Part shown: piece by piece, positions 25,261 through 39,600 of the stretch
Numbering within the stretch: the first letter of the stretch is position 1
Layout of the letters: the number at the start of each line of letters is the position of its first letter
Assembly (NCBI RefSeq): GCF_009914755.1
Contig: NC_060936.1
Length of the DNA stretch: 64,000 nt
Strand: one strand, 5' to 3'
Source of the DNA: the human T2T-CHM13v2.0 reference genome, Homo sapiens
Program-made: the position numbers and the translations under genes
Notes under the pieces: generated by a model
Database searches by the model: none
What the model saw: only the letters and a program-made list of their open reading frames with translations
What the model was told of the DNA's origin: nothing

Positions 25261-28200
25261 ACTCTATGAAAAGAAAGCTTAAACTCCTTCAGTTGAACGC
25301 ACACATCACAAAGTAGTTTCTGAGAATGATTCTGTCTAGTTTTTATACGAAGATGTTTCCTTTTCTACATTTGGTCTCAAAGCGATTGAAATCTCCAACT
25401 GGAAACTGCACAAATAGGGTGTTTCAAATCTCTGTCTAAAGGAAGGTTCAACTCTGTGAGTTGAATACACACACCACAAATAAGTTACTGAGAATTCTTC
25501 TGTCGAACATTACTTGAAGAAATCCCGTTTCCAACGAAGGCCTCAAAGAGGTCCAAATATCCACTTGCAGACATTACAAACAGAGTGTTTCCAAACTGCT
25601 CCATCAAAAGAAAGGTTAAACTCTGTGAGCTGAACACACACATCAAAAAGAAGTTTCTGTGAATGATTCTGTCTAGATTTTATAAGAAGATGTTTCCTTT
25701 TCTACCGTAGGCCTCAAAGCGCTTGAAATCTCCAGCTGCAAATTCCACAAAAAGGGTGTTTAACATCTGCTCTTCTAAAGGAAAGTTCAACTCTATGAGT
25801 TGAATACACACAGCACAAAGAAGTTACTGAGACTTCTCCTATCAAACATTATATGAAGAAATCCCGTTTTCAACGAAGGCCTCAAAGAGGTCCAAATATC
25901 TGCTTGCAGACTTTACAGACAGAGTGTTTCCAAACTGCTCCATCAAAAGAAAGGTTAAACTCCTTGAGTTGAACACACACATCACAAAGTAGTTTCTGTG
26001 AATGATTCTGTCTAGTTTTTATACGAAGATGTTTCCTTTTCTACCTTTGGTCTCAAAGCGATTGAAATCTCCACATGGAAACTCCACCAAAAGAGTGTTT
26101 CAAATCTGCTCTTTCTGAAGGAAGGTTCAACTCTGTGAGTTGAATACAGACACCACGAATAAGTTACTGAGAATTCTTCTGTGTAACATTATATGAGGAA
26201 ATCCCGTTTCCAACGAAGGCCTCAAAGAGGTCCAAATATCCACTTGCAGACTTTACAAAGACAGTGTCTCCAAACTCCTCCATCAAAAGAAAGGTTATAC
26301 TCTGTGAATTGAACGCACACATCACAAAGTAGTTTCTGAGAATGATTCTGTCTAGTTTTTATACGAAGATATTTCCTTTTCTACATTTGGCCTAAAAGCG
26401 CTTGAAATCTCCACCTGCAAATATCACAAAAAGAGGGTTTCACATCTGCTCTGTCTAAAGGACAGTTCACCTCTGTGAGTTGAATAGAGGCAACACAAAG
26501 AACTTACTCAGTATTCTTCTTTCTAGCGTTCTATGAAGAAATCCCGTTTCCAACGAAGGCCTCAAAGAGGTCAAATATCTGCTTGCAGACTTTACAGACA
26601 GAGTGTTTCCAAACTACTCTATGAAAAGAAAGCTTAAACTCCTTGAGTTGAACGCACACATCACAAAGTAGTTTCTGAGAATGATTCTGTCTAGTTTTTA
26701 TACGAAGATGTTTCCTTTTCTACATTTGGTCTCAAAGCGATTGAAATCTCCAACTGGAAACTGCACAAATAGGCTGTTTCAAATCTGCTCTGTCTAAAGG
26801 AAGGTTCAGCTCTGTGTGTTGAATACACACACCACAAATAAGTTACTGAGAATTCTTCTGTCGAACATTACAGGAAGAAATCCCGTTTCCAACGAAGGCC
26901 TCAAAGAGGTCCAAATATCCACTTGCGGACATTACAAAGAGTGTGTTTCCCAACTGCTCCATCAAAAGAAAGGTTAAACTCTGTGAGCTGAACACACACA
27001 TCAAAAAGAAGTTTCTGTGAATGATTCTGTCTAGATTTTATAAGAAGATGTTTCCTTTTCTACCGTAGGCCTCAAAGCGCTTGAAATCTCCAGCTGCAAA
27101 TTCCACAAAAAGGGTGTTTAACATCTGCTCTTCTAAAGGAAAGTTCAACTCTATGAGTTGAATACACACAGCACAAAGAAGTTACTGAGACTTCTCCTAT
27201 CAAACATTATATGAAGAAATCCCGTTTCCAACGAAGGCCTCAAAGAGGTCCAAATGTCTGCTTGCAGACTTTACAGACAGAGTGTTTCCAAACTGCTCCA
27301 TCAAAAGAAAGGTTAAACTCCTTGAGTTGAACACACACATCACAAAGTAGTTTCTGTGAATGATTCTGTCTAGTTTTTATACGAAGATGTTTCCTTTTCT
27401 ACCTTTGGTCTCAAAGCGATTGAAATCTCCACATGGAAACTCCACAAAAAGAGTGTTTCAAATCTGCTCTTTCTGAAGGAAGGTTCAACTCTGTGAGTTG
27501 AATACACACACCACAAATAAGTTACTGAGAATTCTTCTGTGTAACATTATATGAGGAAATCCCGTTTCCAACGAAGGCCTCAAAGAGGTCCAAATATCCA
27601 CTTGCAGACTTTACAAAGACAGTGTCTCCAAACTCCTCCATCAAAAGAAAGGTTATACTCTGTGAATTGAACGCACACATCACAAAGTAGTTTCTGAGAA
27701 TGATTCTGTCTAGTTTTTATACGAAGATATTTCCTTTTCTACATTTGGCCTAAAAGCGCTTGAAATCTCCACCTGCAAATATCACAAAAAGAGGGTTTCA
27801 CATCTGCTCTGTCTAAAGGACAGTTCACCTCTGTGAGTTGAATAGAGGCAACACAAAGAACTTACTCAGTATTCTTCTTTCTAGCGTTCTATGAAGAAAT
27901 CCCGTTTCCAACGAAGGCCTCAAAGAGGTAAAATATCTGCTTGCAGACTTTACAGACAGAGTGTTTCCAAACTACTCTATGAAAAGAAAGCTTAAACTCC
28001 TTGAGTTGAACGCACACATCACAAAGTAGTTTCTGAGAATGATTCTGTCTAGTTTTTATACGAAGATGTTTCCTTTTCTACATTTGGTCTCAAAGCTCTT
28101 GAAATCTCCAACTGGAAACTGCACAAATAGGCTGTTTCAAATCTGCTCTGTCTAAAGGAAGGTTCAACTCTGTGAGTTGAATACACACACCATAAATAAG

Positions 28201-31200
28201 TTACTGAGAATTCTTCTGTCGAACATTACTTGAAGAAATCCCGTTTCCAACGAAGGCCTCAAAGAGGTCCAAATATCCACTTGCAGACGTTACAAACAGA
28301 GTGTTTCCAAACTGCTCCATCAAAAGAAAGGTTAAACTCTGTGAGCTGAACACACACATCAAAAAGAAGTTTCTGTGAATGATTCTGTCTAGATTTTATA
28401 AGAAGATGTTTCCTTTTCTACCGTAGGCCTCAAAGCGCTTGAAATCTCCAGCTGCAAATTCCACAAAAAGGGTGTTTAACATCTGCTCTTCTAAAGGAAA
28501 GTTCAACTCTATGAGTTGAATACACACAGCACAAAGAAGTTACTGAGACTTCTCCTATCAAACATTATATGAAGAAATCCCGTTTCCAACGAAGGCCTCA
28601 AAGAGGTCCAAATATCTGCTTGCAGACTTTACAGACAGAGTGTTTCCAAACTGCTCCATCAAAAGAAAGGTTAAACTCCTTGAGTTGAACACACACATCA
28701 CAAAGTAGTTTCTGTGAATGATTCTGTCTAGTTTTTATACGAAGATGTTTCCTTTTCTACCTTTGGTCTCAAAGCGATTGAAATCTCCACATGGAAACTC
28801 CACAAAAAGAGTGTTTCAAATCTGCTCTTTCTGAAGGAAGGTTCAACTCTGTGAGTTGAATACACACACCACAAATAAGTTACTGAGAATTCTTCTGTGT
28901 AACATTATATGAGGAAATCCCGTTTCCAACGAAGGCCTCAAAGAGGTCCAAATATCCACTTGCAGACTTTACAAAGACAGTGTCTCCAAACTCCTCCATC
29001 AAAAGAAAGGTTATACTCTGTGAATTGAACGCACACATCACAAAGTAGTTTCTGACAATGATTCTGTCTAGTTTTTATACGAAGATATTTCCTTTTCTAC
29101 ATTTGGCCTAAAAGCGCTTGAAATCTCCACCTGCAAATATCACAAAAAGAGGGTTTCACATCTGCTCTGTCTAAAGGACAGTTCACCTCTGTGAGTTGAA
29201 TAGAGGCAACACAAAGAACTTACTCAGTATTCTTCTTTCTAGCGTTCTATGAAGAAATCCCGTTTCCAACGAAGGCCTCAAAGAGCTCAAATATCTGCTT
29301 GCAGACTTTACAGACAGAGTGTTTCCAAACTACTCTATGAAAAGAAAGCTTAAACTCCTTGAGTTGAACGCACACATCACAAAGTAGTTTCTGAGAATGA
29401 TTCTGTCTAGTTTTTATACGAAGATGTTTCCTTTTCTACATTTGGTCTCAAAGCTCTTGAAATCTCCAACTGGAAACTGCACAAATAGGCTGTTTCAAAT
29501 CTGCTCTGTCTAAAGGAAGGTTCAACTCTGTGAGTTGAATACACACACCACAAATAAGTTACTGAGAATTCTTCTGTCGAACATTACTTGAAGAAATCCC
29601 GTTTCCAACGAAGGCCTCAAAGAGGTCCAAATATCCACTTGCAGACGTTACAAACAGAGTGTTTCCAAACTGCTCCATCAAAAGAAAGGTTAAACTCTGT
29701 GAGCTGAACACACACATCAAAAAGAAGTTTCTGTGAATGATTCTGTCTAGATTTTATAAGAAGATGTTTCCTTTTCTACCGTAGGCCTCAAAGCGCTTGA
29801 AATCTCCAGCTGCAAATTCCACAAAAAGGGTGTTTAACATCTGCTCTTCTAAAGGAAAGTTCAACTCTATGAGTTGAATACACACAGCACAAAGAAGTTA
29901 CTGAGACTTCTCCTATCAAACATTATATGAAGAAATCCCGTTTCCAACGAAGGCCTCAAAGAGGTCCAAATATCTGCTTGCAGACTTTACAGACAGAGTG
30001 TTTCCAAACTGCTCCATCAAAAGAAAGGTTAAACTCCTTGAGTTGAACACACACATCACAAAGTAGTTTCTGTGAATGATTCTGTCTAGTTTTTATACGA
30101 AGATGTTTCCTTTTCTACCTTTGGTCTCAAAGCGATTGAAATCTCCACATGGAAACTCCACAAAAAGAGTGTTTCAAATCTGCTCTTTCTGAAGGAAGGT
30201 TCAACTCTGTGAGTTGAATACACACACCACAAATAAGTTACTGAGAATTCTTCTGTGTAACATTATATGAGGAAATCCCGTTTCCAACGAAGGCCTCAAA
30301 GAGGTCCAAATATCCACTTGCAGACTTTACAAAGACAGTGTCTCCAAACTCCTCCATCAAAAGAAAGGTTATACTCTGTGAATTGAACGCACACATCACA
30401 AAGTAGTTTCTGAGAATGATTCTGTCTAGTTTTTATACGAAGATATTTCCTTTTCTACATTTGGCCTAAAAGCGCTTGAAATCTCCACCTGCAAATATCA
30501 CAAAAAGAGGGTTTCACATCTGCTCTGTCTAAAGGACAGTTCACCTCTGTGAGTTGAATAGAGGCAACACAAAGAACTTACTCAGTATTCTTCTTTCTAG
30601 CGTTCTATGAAGAAATCCCGTTTCCAACGAAGGCCTCAAAGAGGTCAAATATCTGCTTGCAGACTTTACAGACAGAGTGTTTCCAAACTACTCTATGAAA
30701 AGAAAGCTTAAACTCCTTGAGTTGAACGCACACATCACAAAGTAGTTTCTGAGAATGATTCTGTCTAGTTTTTATACGAAGATGTTTCCTTTTCTACATT
30801 TGGTCTCAAAGCTCTTGAAATCTCCAACTGGAAACTGCACAAATAGGCTGTTTCAAATCTGCTCTGTCTAAAGGAAGGTTCAACTCTGTGAGTTGAATAC
30901 ACACACCACAAATAAGTTACTGAGAATTCTTCTGTCGAACATTACTTGAAGAAATCCCGTTTCCAACGAAGGCCTCAAAGAGGTCCAAATATCCACTTGC
31001 AGACGTTACAAACAGAGTGTTTCCAAACTGCTCCATCAAAAGAAAGGTTAAACTCTGTGAGCTGAACACACACATCAAAAAGAAGTTTCTGTGAATGATT
31101 CTGTCTAGATTTTATAAGAAGATGTTTCCTTTTCTACCGTAGGCCTCAAAGCGCTTGAAATCTCCAGCTGCAAATTCCACAAAAAGGGTGTTTAACATCT

Positions 31201-33670
31201 GCTCTTCTAAAGGAAAGTTCAACTCTATGAGTTGAATACACACAGCACAAAGAAGTTACTGAGACTTCTCCTATCAAACATTATATGAAGAAATCCCGTT
31301 TCCAACGAAGGCCTCAAAGAGGTCCAAATATCTGCTTGCAGACTTTACAGACAGAGTGTTTCCAAACTGCTCCATCAAAAGAAAGGTTAAACTCCTTGAG
31401 TTGAACACACACATCACAAAGTAGTTTCTGTGAATGATTCTGTCTAGTTTTTATACGAAGATGTTTCCTTTTCTACCTTTGGTCTCAAAGCGATTGAAAT
31501 CTCCACATGGAAACTCCACAAAAAGAGTGTTTCAAATCTGCTCTTTCTGAAGGAAGGTTCAACTCTGTGAGTTGAATACACACACCACAAATAAGTTACT
31601 GAGAATTCTTCTGTGTAACATTATATGAGGAAATCCCGTTTCCAACGAAGGCCTCAAAGAGGTCCAAATATCCACTTGCAGACTTTACAAAGACAGTGTC
31701 TCCCAACTCCTCCATCAAAAGAAAGGTTATACTCTGTGAATTGAACGCACACATCACAAAGTAGTTTCTGAGAATGATTCTGTCTAGTTTTTATACGAAG
31801 ATATTTCCTTTTCTACATTTGGCCTAAAAGCGCTTGAAATCTCCACCTGCAAATATCACAAAAAGAGGGTTTCACATCTGCTCTGTCTAAAGGACAGTTC
31901 ACCTCTGTGAGTTGAATAGAGGCAACACAAAGAACTTACTCAGTATTCTTCTTTCTAGCGTTCTATGAAGAAATCCCGTTTCCAACGAAGGCCTCAAAGA
32001 GGTCAAATATCTGCTTGCAGACTTTACAGACAGAGTGTTTCCAAACTACTCTATGAAAAGAAAGCTTAAACTCCTTGAGTTGAACGCACACATCACAAAG
32101 TAGTTTCTGAGAATGATTCTGTCTAGTTTTTATACGAAGATGTTTCCTTTTCTACATTTGGTCTCAAAGCTCTTGAAATCTCCAACTGGAAACTGCACAA
32201 ATAGGCTGTTTCAAATCTGCTCTGTCTAAAGGAAGGTTCAACTCTGTGAGTTGAATACACACACCACAAATAAGTTACTGAGAATTCTTCTGTCGAACAT
32301 TACTTGAAGAAATCCCGTTTCCAACGAAGGCCTCAAAGAGGTCCAAATATCCACTTGCAGACGTTACAAACAGAGTGTTTCCAAACTGCTCCATCAAAAG
32401 AAAGGTTAAACTCTGTGAGCTGAACACACACATCAAAAAGAAGTTTCTGTGAATGATTCTGTCTAGATTTTATAAGAAGATGTTTCCTTTTCTACCGTAG
32501 GCCTCAAAGCGCTTGAAATCTCCAGCTGCAAATTCCACAAAAAGGGTGTTTAACATCTGCTCTTCTAAAGGAAAGTTCAACTCTATGAGTTGAATACACA
32601 CAGCACAAAGAAGTTACTGAGACTTCTCCTATCAAACATTATATGAAGAAATCCCATTTCCAACGAAGGCCTCAAAGAGGTCCAAATATCTGCTTGCAGA
32701 CTTTACAGACAGAGTGTTTCCAAACTGCTCCATCAAAAGAAAGGTTAAACTCCTTGAGTTGAACACACACATCACAAAGTAGTTTCTGTGAATGATTCTG
32801 TCTAGTTTTTATACGAAGATGTTTCCTTTTCTACCTTTGGTCTCAAAGCGATTGAAATCTCCACATGGAAACTCCACAAAAAGAGTGTTTCAAATCTGCT
32901 CTTTCTGAAGGAAGGTTCAACACTGTGAGTTGAATAAACACACCACAAATAAGTTACTGAGAATTCTTCTGTGTAACATTATATGAGGAAATCCCGTTTC
33001 CAACGAAGGCCTCAAAGAGGTCCAAATATCCACTTGCAGACTTTACAAAGACAGTGTCTCCAAACTCCTCCATCAAAAGAAAGGTTATACTCTGTGAATT
33101 GAACGCACACATCACAAAGTAGTTTCTGAGAATGATTCTGTCTAGTTTTTATACGAAGATATTTCCTTTTCTACATTTGGCCTAAAAGCGCTTGAAATCT
33201 CCACCTGCAAATATCATAAAAAGAGGGTTTCACATCTGCTCTGTCTAAAGGACAGTTCACCTCTGTGAGTTGAATAGAGGCAACACAAAGAACTTACTCA
33301 GTATTCTTCTTTCTAGCGTTCTATGAAGAAATCCCGTTTCCAACGAAGGCCTCAAAGAGGTCAAATATCTGCTTGCAGACTTTACAGACAGAGTGTTTCC
33401 AAACTACTCTATGAAAAGAAAGCTTAAACTCCTTGAGTTGAGCGCACACATCACAAAGTAGTTTCTGAGAATGATTCTGTCTAGTTTTTATACGAAGATG
33501 TTTCCTTTTCTACATTTGGTCTCAAAGCTCTTGAAATCTCCAACTGGAAACTGCACAAATAGGCTGTTTTAAATCTGCTCTGTCTAAAGGAAGGTTCAAC
33601 TCTGTGAGTTGAATACACACACCACAAATAAGTTACTGAGAATCCTTCTGTCGAACATTACAGGAAGAAA

Positions 33671-36600
33671 TCCCGTTTCCAACGAAGGCCTCAAAGAGGT
33701 CCAAATATCCACTTGCGGACATTACAAACAGTGTGTTTCCCAACTGCTCCATCAAAAGAAAGGTTAAACTCTGTGAGCTGAACACACACATCAAAAAGAA
33801 GTTTCTGTGAATGATTCTGTCTAGATTTTATAAGAAGATGTTTCCTTTTCTACCGTAGGCCTCAAAGCGCTTGAAATCTCCAGCTGCAAATTCCACAAAA
33901 AGGGTGTTTAACATCTGCTCTTCTAAAGGAAAGTTCAACTCTATGAGTTGAATACACACAGCACAAAGAAGTTACTGAGACTTCTCCTATCAAACATTAT
34001 ATGAAGAAATCCCGTTTCCAACGAAGGCCTCAAAGAGGTCCAAATATCTGCTTGCAGACTTTACAGACAGAGTGTTTCCAAACTGCTCCATCAAAAGAAA
34101 GGTTAAACTCCTTGAGTTGAACACACACATCACAAAGTAGTTTCTGTGAATGATTCTGTCTAGTTTTTATACGAAGATGTTTCCTTTTCTACCTTTGGTC
34201 TCAAAGCGATTGAAATCTCCACATGGAAACTCCACAAAAAGAGTGTTTCAAATCTGCTCTTTCTGAAGGAAGGTTCAACTCTGTGAGTTGAATACACACA
34301 CCACAAATAAGTTACTGAGAATTCTTCTGTGTAACATTATATGAGGAAATCCCGTTTCCAACGAAGGCCTCAAAGAGGTCCAAATATCCACTTGCAGACT
34401 TTACAAAGACAGTGTCTCCAAACTCCTCCATCAAAAGAAAGGTTATACTCTGTGAATTGAACGCACACATCACAAAGTAGTTTCTGAGAATGATTCTGTC
34501 TAGTTTTTATACGAAGATATTTCCTTTTCTACATTTGGCCTAAAAGCGCTTGAAATCTCCACCTGCAAATATCACAAAAAGAGGGTTTCACATCTGCTCT
34601 GTCTAAAGGACAGTTCACCTCTGTGAGTTGAATAGAGGCAACACAAAGAACTTACTCAGTATTCTTCTTTCTAGCGTTCTATGAAGAAATCCCGTTTCCA
34701 ACGAAGGCCTCAAAGAGGTCAAATATCTGCTTGCAGACTTTACAGACAGAGTGTTTCCAAACTACTCTATGAAAAGAAAGCTTAAACTCCTTGAGTTGAA
34801 CGCACACATCACAAAGTAGTTTCTGAGAATGATTCTGTCTAGTTTTTATACGAAGATGTTTCCTTTTCTACATTTGGTCTCAAAGCTCTTGAAATCTCCA
34901 ACTGGAAACTGCACAAATAGGCTGTTTCAAATCTGCTCTGTCTAAAGGAAGGTTCAACTCTGTGAGTTGAATACACACACCACAAATAAGTTACTGAGAA
35001 TTCTTCTGTCGAACATTACTTGAAGAAATCCCGTTTCCAACGAAGGCCTCAAAGAGGTCCAAATATCCACTTGCAGACGTTACAAACAGAGTGTTTCCAA
35101 ACTGCTCCATCAAAAGAAAGGTTAAACTCTGTGAGCTGAACACACACATCAAAAAGAAGTTTCTGTGAATGATTCTGTCTAGATTTTATAAGAAGATGTT
35201 TCCTTTTCTACCGTAGGCCTCAAAGCGCTTGAAATCTCCAGCTGCAAATTCCACAAAAAGGGTGTTTAACATCTGCTCTTCTAAAGGAAAGTTCAACTCT
35301 ATGAGTTGAATACACACAGCACAAAGAAGTTACTGAGACTTCTCCTATCAAACATTATATGAAGAAATCCCGTTTCCAACGAAGGCCTCAAAGAGGTCCA
35401 AATATCTGCTTGCAGACTTTACAGACAGAGTGTTTCCAAACTGCTCCATCAAAAGAAAGGTTAAACTCCTTGAGTTGAACACACACATCACAAAGTAGTT
35501 TCTGTGAATGTTTCTGTCTAGTTTTTATACGAAGATGTTTCCTTTTCTACCTTTGGTCTCAAAGCGATTGAAATCTCCACATGGAAACTCCACCAAAAGA
35601 GTGTTTCAAATCTGCTCTTTCTGAAGGAAGGTTCAACTCTGTGAGTTGAATACACACACCACAAATAAGTTACTGAGAATTCTTCTGTGTAACATTATAT
35701 GAGGAAATCCCGTTTCCAACGAAGGCCTCAAAGAGGTCCAAATATCCACTTGCAGACTTTACAAAGACAGTGTCTCCAAACTCCTCCATCAAAAGAAAGG
35801 TTATACTCTGTGAATTGAACGCACACATCACAAAGTAGTTTCTGAGAATGATTCTCTCTAGTTTTTATACGAAGATATTTCCTTTTCTACATTTGGCCTA
35901 AAAGCGCTTGAAATCTCCACCTGCAAATATCACAAAAAGAGGGTTTCACATCTGCTCTGTCTAAAGGACAGTTCACGTCTGTGAGTTGAATAGAGGCAAC
36001 ACAAAGAACTTACTCAGTATTCTTCTTTCTAGCATTCTGTGAAGAAATCCCGTTTCCAACGAAGGCCCCAAAGAGGTCCAAATATCTGCTTGCAGACTTT
36101 ACAGACAGAGTTTTTCGAAACTGCTCCATCAAAAGAAAGGTTAAACTCCTTGAGTTGAACACACACATCACAAAGTAGTTTCTGAGAATGATTCTGTCTA
36201 GTTTTTATACGAAGATGTTTCCTTTTCTACCTTTGGTCTCAAAGCGATTGAAATCTCCACATGGAAACTCCACAAAAAGAGTGTTTCAAATCTGCTCTTT
36301 GTGAAGGAAGGTTCAACTCTGTGAGTTGAATACACACACCACAAATAAGTTACTGAGAATTCTTCTGTGTAACATTATATGAGGAAATCCCGTTTCCAAC
36401 GAAGGCCTCAAAGAGGTCCAAATATCCACTTGCAGACTTTACAAAGACAGTGTCTCCAAACTCCTCCATCAAAAGAAAGGTTATACTCTGTGAATTGAAC
36501 GCACACATCACAAAGTAGTTTCTGAGAATGATTCTGTCTAGTTTTTATACAAAGATATTTCCTTTTCTACATTTGGCCTAAAAGCGCTTGAAATCTCCAC

Positions 36601-39600
36601 CTGCAAATATCACAATAAGAGGGTTTCACATCTGCTCTGTCTAAAGGACAGTTCACCTCTGTGAGTTGAATAGAGGCAACACAAAGAACTTACTCAGTAT
36701 TCTTCTTTCTAGCGTTCTATGAAGAAATCCCGTTTCCAACGAAGGCCTTAAAGAGGTCAAATATCTGCTTGCAGACTTTACAGACAGAGTGTTTCCAAAC
36801 TACTCTATGAAAAGAAAGCTTAAACTCCTTGAGTTGAACGCACACATCACAAAGTAGTTTCTGAGAATCATTCTGTCTAGTTTTTATACGAAGATGTTTC
36901 CCTTTCTACATTTGGTCTCAAAGCGATTGAAATCTCCAACTGGAAACTGCACAAATAGGGTGTTTCAAATCTGCTCTGTCTAAAGGAAGGTTCAACTCTG
37001 TGAGTTGAATACACACACCACAAATAAGTTACTGAGAATTCTTCTGTCGAACATTACTTGAAGAAATCCCGTTTCCAACGAAGGCCTCAAAGAGGTCCAA
37101 ATATCCACTTGCAGACGTTACAAACAGAGTGTTTCCAAACTGCTCCATCAAAAGAAAGGTTAAACTCTGTGAGCTGAACACACACATCAAAAAGAAGTTT
37201 CTGTGAATGATTCTGTCTAGATTTTATAAGAAGATGTTTCCTTTTCTACCGTAGGCCTCAAAGCGCTTGAAATCTCCAGCTGCAAATTCCACAAAAAGGG
37301 TGTTTAACATCTGCTCTTCTAAAGGAAAGTTCAACTCTATGAGTTGAATACACACAGCACAAAGAAGTTACTGAGACTTCTCCTATCAAACATTATATGA
37401 AGAAATCCCGTTTCCAACGAAGGCCTCAAAGAGGTCCAAATATCTGCTTGCAGACTTTACAGACAGAGTGTTTCCAAACTGCTCCATCAAAAGAAAGGTT
37501 AAACTCCTTGAGTTGAACACACACATCACAAAGTAGTTTCTGTGAATGTTTCTGTCTAGTTTTTATACGAAGATGTTTCCTTTTCTACCTTTGGTCTCAA
37601 AGCGATTGAAATCTCCACATGGAAACTCCACAAAAAGAGTGTTTCAAATCTGCTCTTTCTGAAGGAAGGTTCAACTCTGTGAGTTGAATACACACACCAC
37701 AAATAAGTTACTGAGAATTCTTCTGTGTAACATTATATGAGGAAATCCCGTTTCCAACGAAGGCCTCAAAGAGGTCCAAATATCCACTTGCAGACTTTAC
37801 AAAGACAGTGTCTCCAAACTCCTCCATCAAAAGAAAGGTTATACTCTGTGAATTGAACGCACACATCACAAAGTAGTTTCTGAGAATGATTCTGTCTAGT
37901 TTTTATACGAAGATATTTCCTTTTCTACATTTGGCCTAAAAGCGCTTGAAATCTCCACCTGCAAATATCACAAAAAGAGGGTTTCACATCTGCTCTGTCT
38001 AAAGGACAGTTCACCTCTGTGAGTTGAATAGAGGCAACACAAAGAACTTACTCAGTATTCTTCTTTCTAGCGTTCTATGAAGAAATCCCGTTTCCAACGA
38101 AGGCCTCAAAGAGGTCAAATATCTGCTTGCAGACTTTACAGACAGAGTGTTTCCAAACTACTCTATGAAAAGAAAGCTTAAACTCCTTGAGTTGAACGCA
38201 CACATCACAAAGTAGTTTCTGAGAATGATTCTGTCTAGTTTTTATACGAAGATGTTTCCTTTTCTACATTTGGTCTCAAAGCGATTGAAATCTCCAACTG
38301 GAAACTGCACAAATAGGCTGTTTCAAATCTGCTCTGTCTAAAGGAAGGTTCAACTCTGTGAGTTGAATACACACACCACAAATAAGTTACTGAGAATTCT
38401 TCTGTCGAACATTACTTGAAGAAATCCCGTATCCAACGAAGGCCTCAAAGAGGTCCAAATATCCACTTGCAGACATTACAAACAGTGTGTTTCCCAACTG
38501 CTCCATCAAAAGAAAGGTTAAACTCTGTGAGCTGAACACACACATCAAAAAGAAGTTTCTGTGAATGATTCTGTCTAGATTTTATAAGAAGATGTTTCCT
38601 TTTCTACCGTAGGCCTCAAAGCGCTTGAAATCTCCAGCTGCAAATTCCACAAAAAGGGTGTTTAACATCTGCTCTTCTAAAAGAAAGTTCAACTCTGTGA
38701 GTTGAATACACACAGCACAAAGAAGTTACTGAGACTTCTCCTATCAAACATTATATGAAGAAATCCCGTTTCCAACGAAGGCCTCAAAGAGGTCCAAATA
38801 TCTGCTTGCAGACTTTACAGACAGTGTTTCCAAACTGCTCCATCAAAAGAAAGGTTAAACTCCTTGAGTTGAACACACACATCACAAAGTAGTTTCTGTG
38901 AATGTTTCTGTCTAGTTTTTATACGAAGATGTTTCCTTTTCTACCTTTGGTCTCAAAGCGATTGAAATCTCCACATGGAAACTCCACAAAAAGAGTGTTT
39001 CAAATCTGCTCTTTCTGAAGGAAGGTTCAACTCTGTGAGTTGAATACACACACCACAAATAAGTTACTGAGAATTCTTCTGTGTAACATTATATGAGGAA
39101 ATCCCGTTTCCAACGAAGGCCTCAAAGAGGTCCAAATATCCACTTGCAGACTTTACAAAGACAGTGTCTCCAAACTCCTCCATCAAAAGAAAGGTTATAC
39201 TCTGTGAATTGAACGCACACATCACAAAGTAGTTTCTGAGAATGATTCTGTCTAGTTTTTATACGAAGATATCTCCTTTTCTACATTTGGCCTAAAAGCG
39301 CTTGAAATCTCCACCTGCAAATATCACAAAAAGAGGGTTTCACATCTGCTCTGTCTAAAGGACAGTTCACCTCTGTGAGTTGAATAGAGGCAACACAAAG
39401 AACTTACTCAGTATTCTTCTTTCTAGCATTCTATGAAGAAATCCCGTTTCCAACGAAGGCCCCAAAGAGGTCCAAATATCTGCTTGCAGACTTTACAGAC
39501 AGAGTTTTTCCAAACTGCTCCATCAAAAGAAAGGTTAAACTCCTTGAGTTGAACACACACATCACAAAGTAGTTTCTGTGAATGATTCTGTCTAGTTTTT

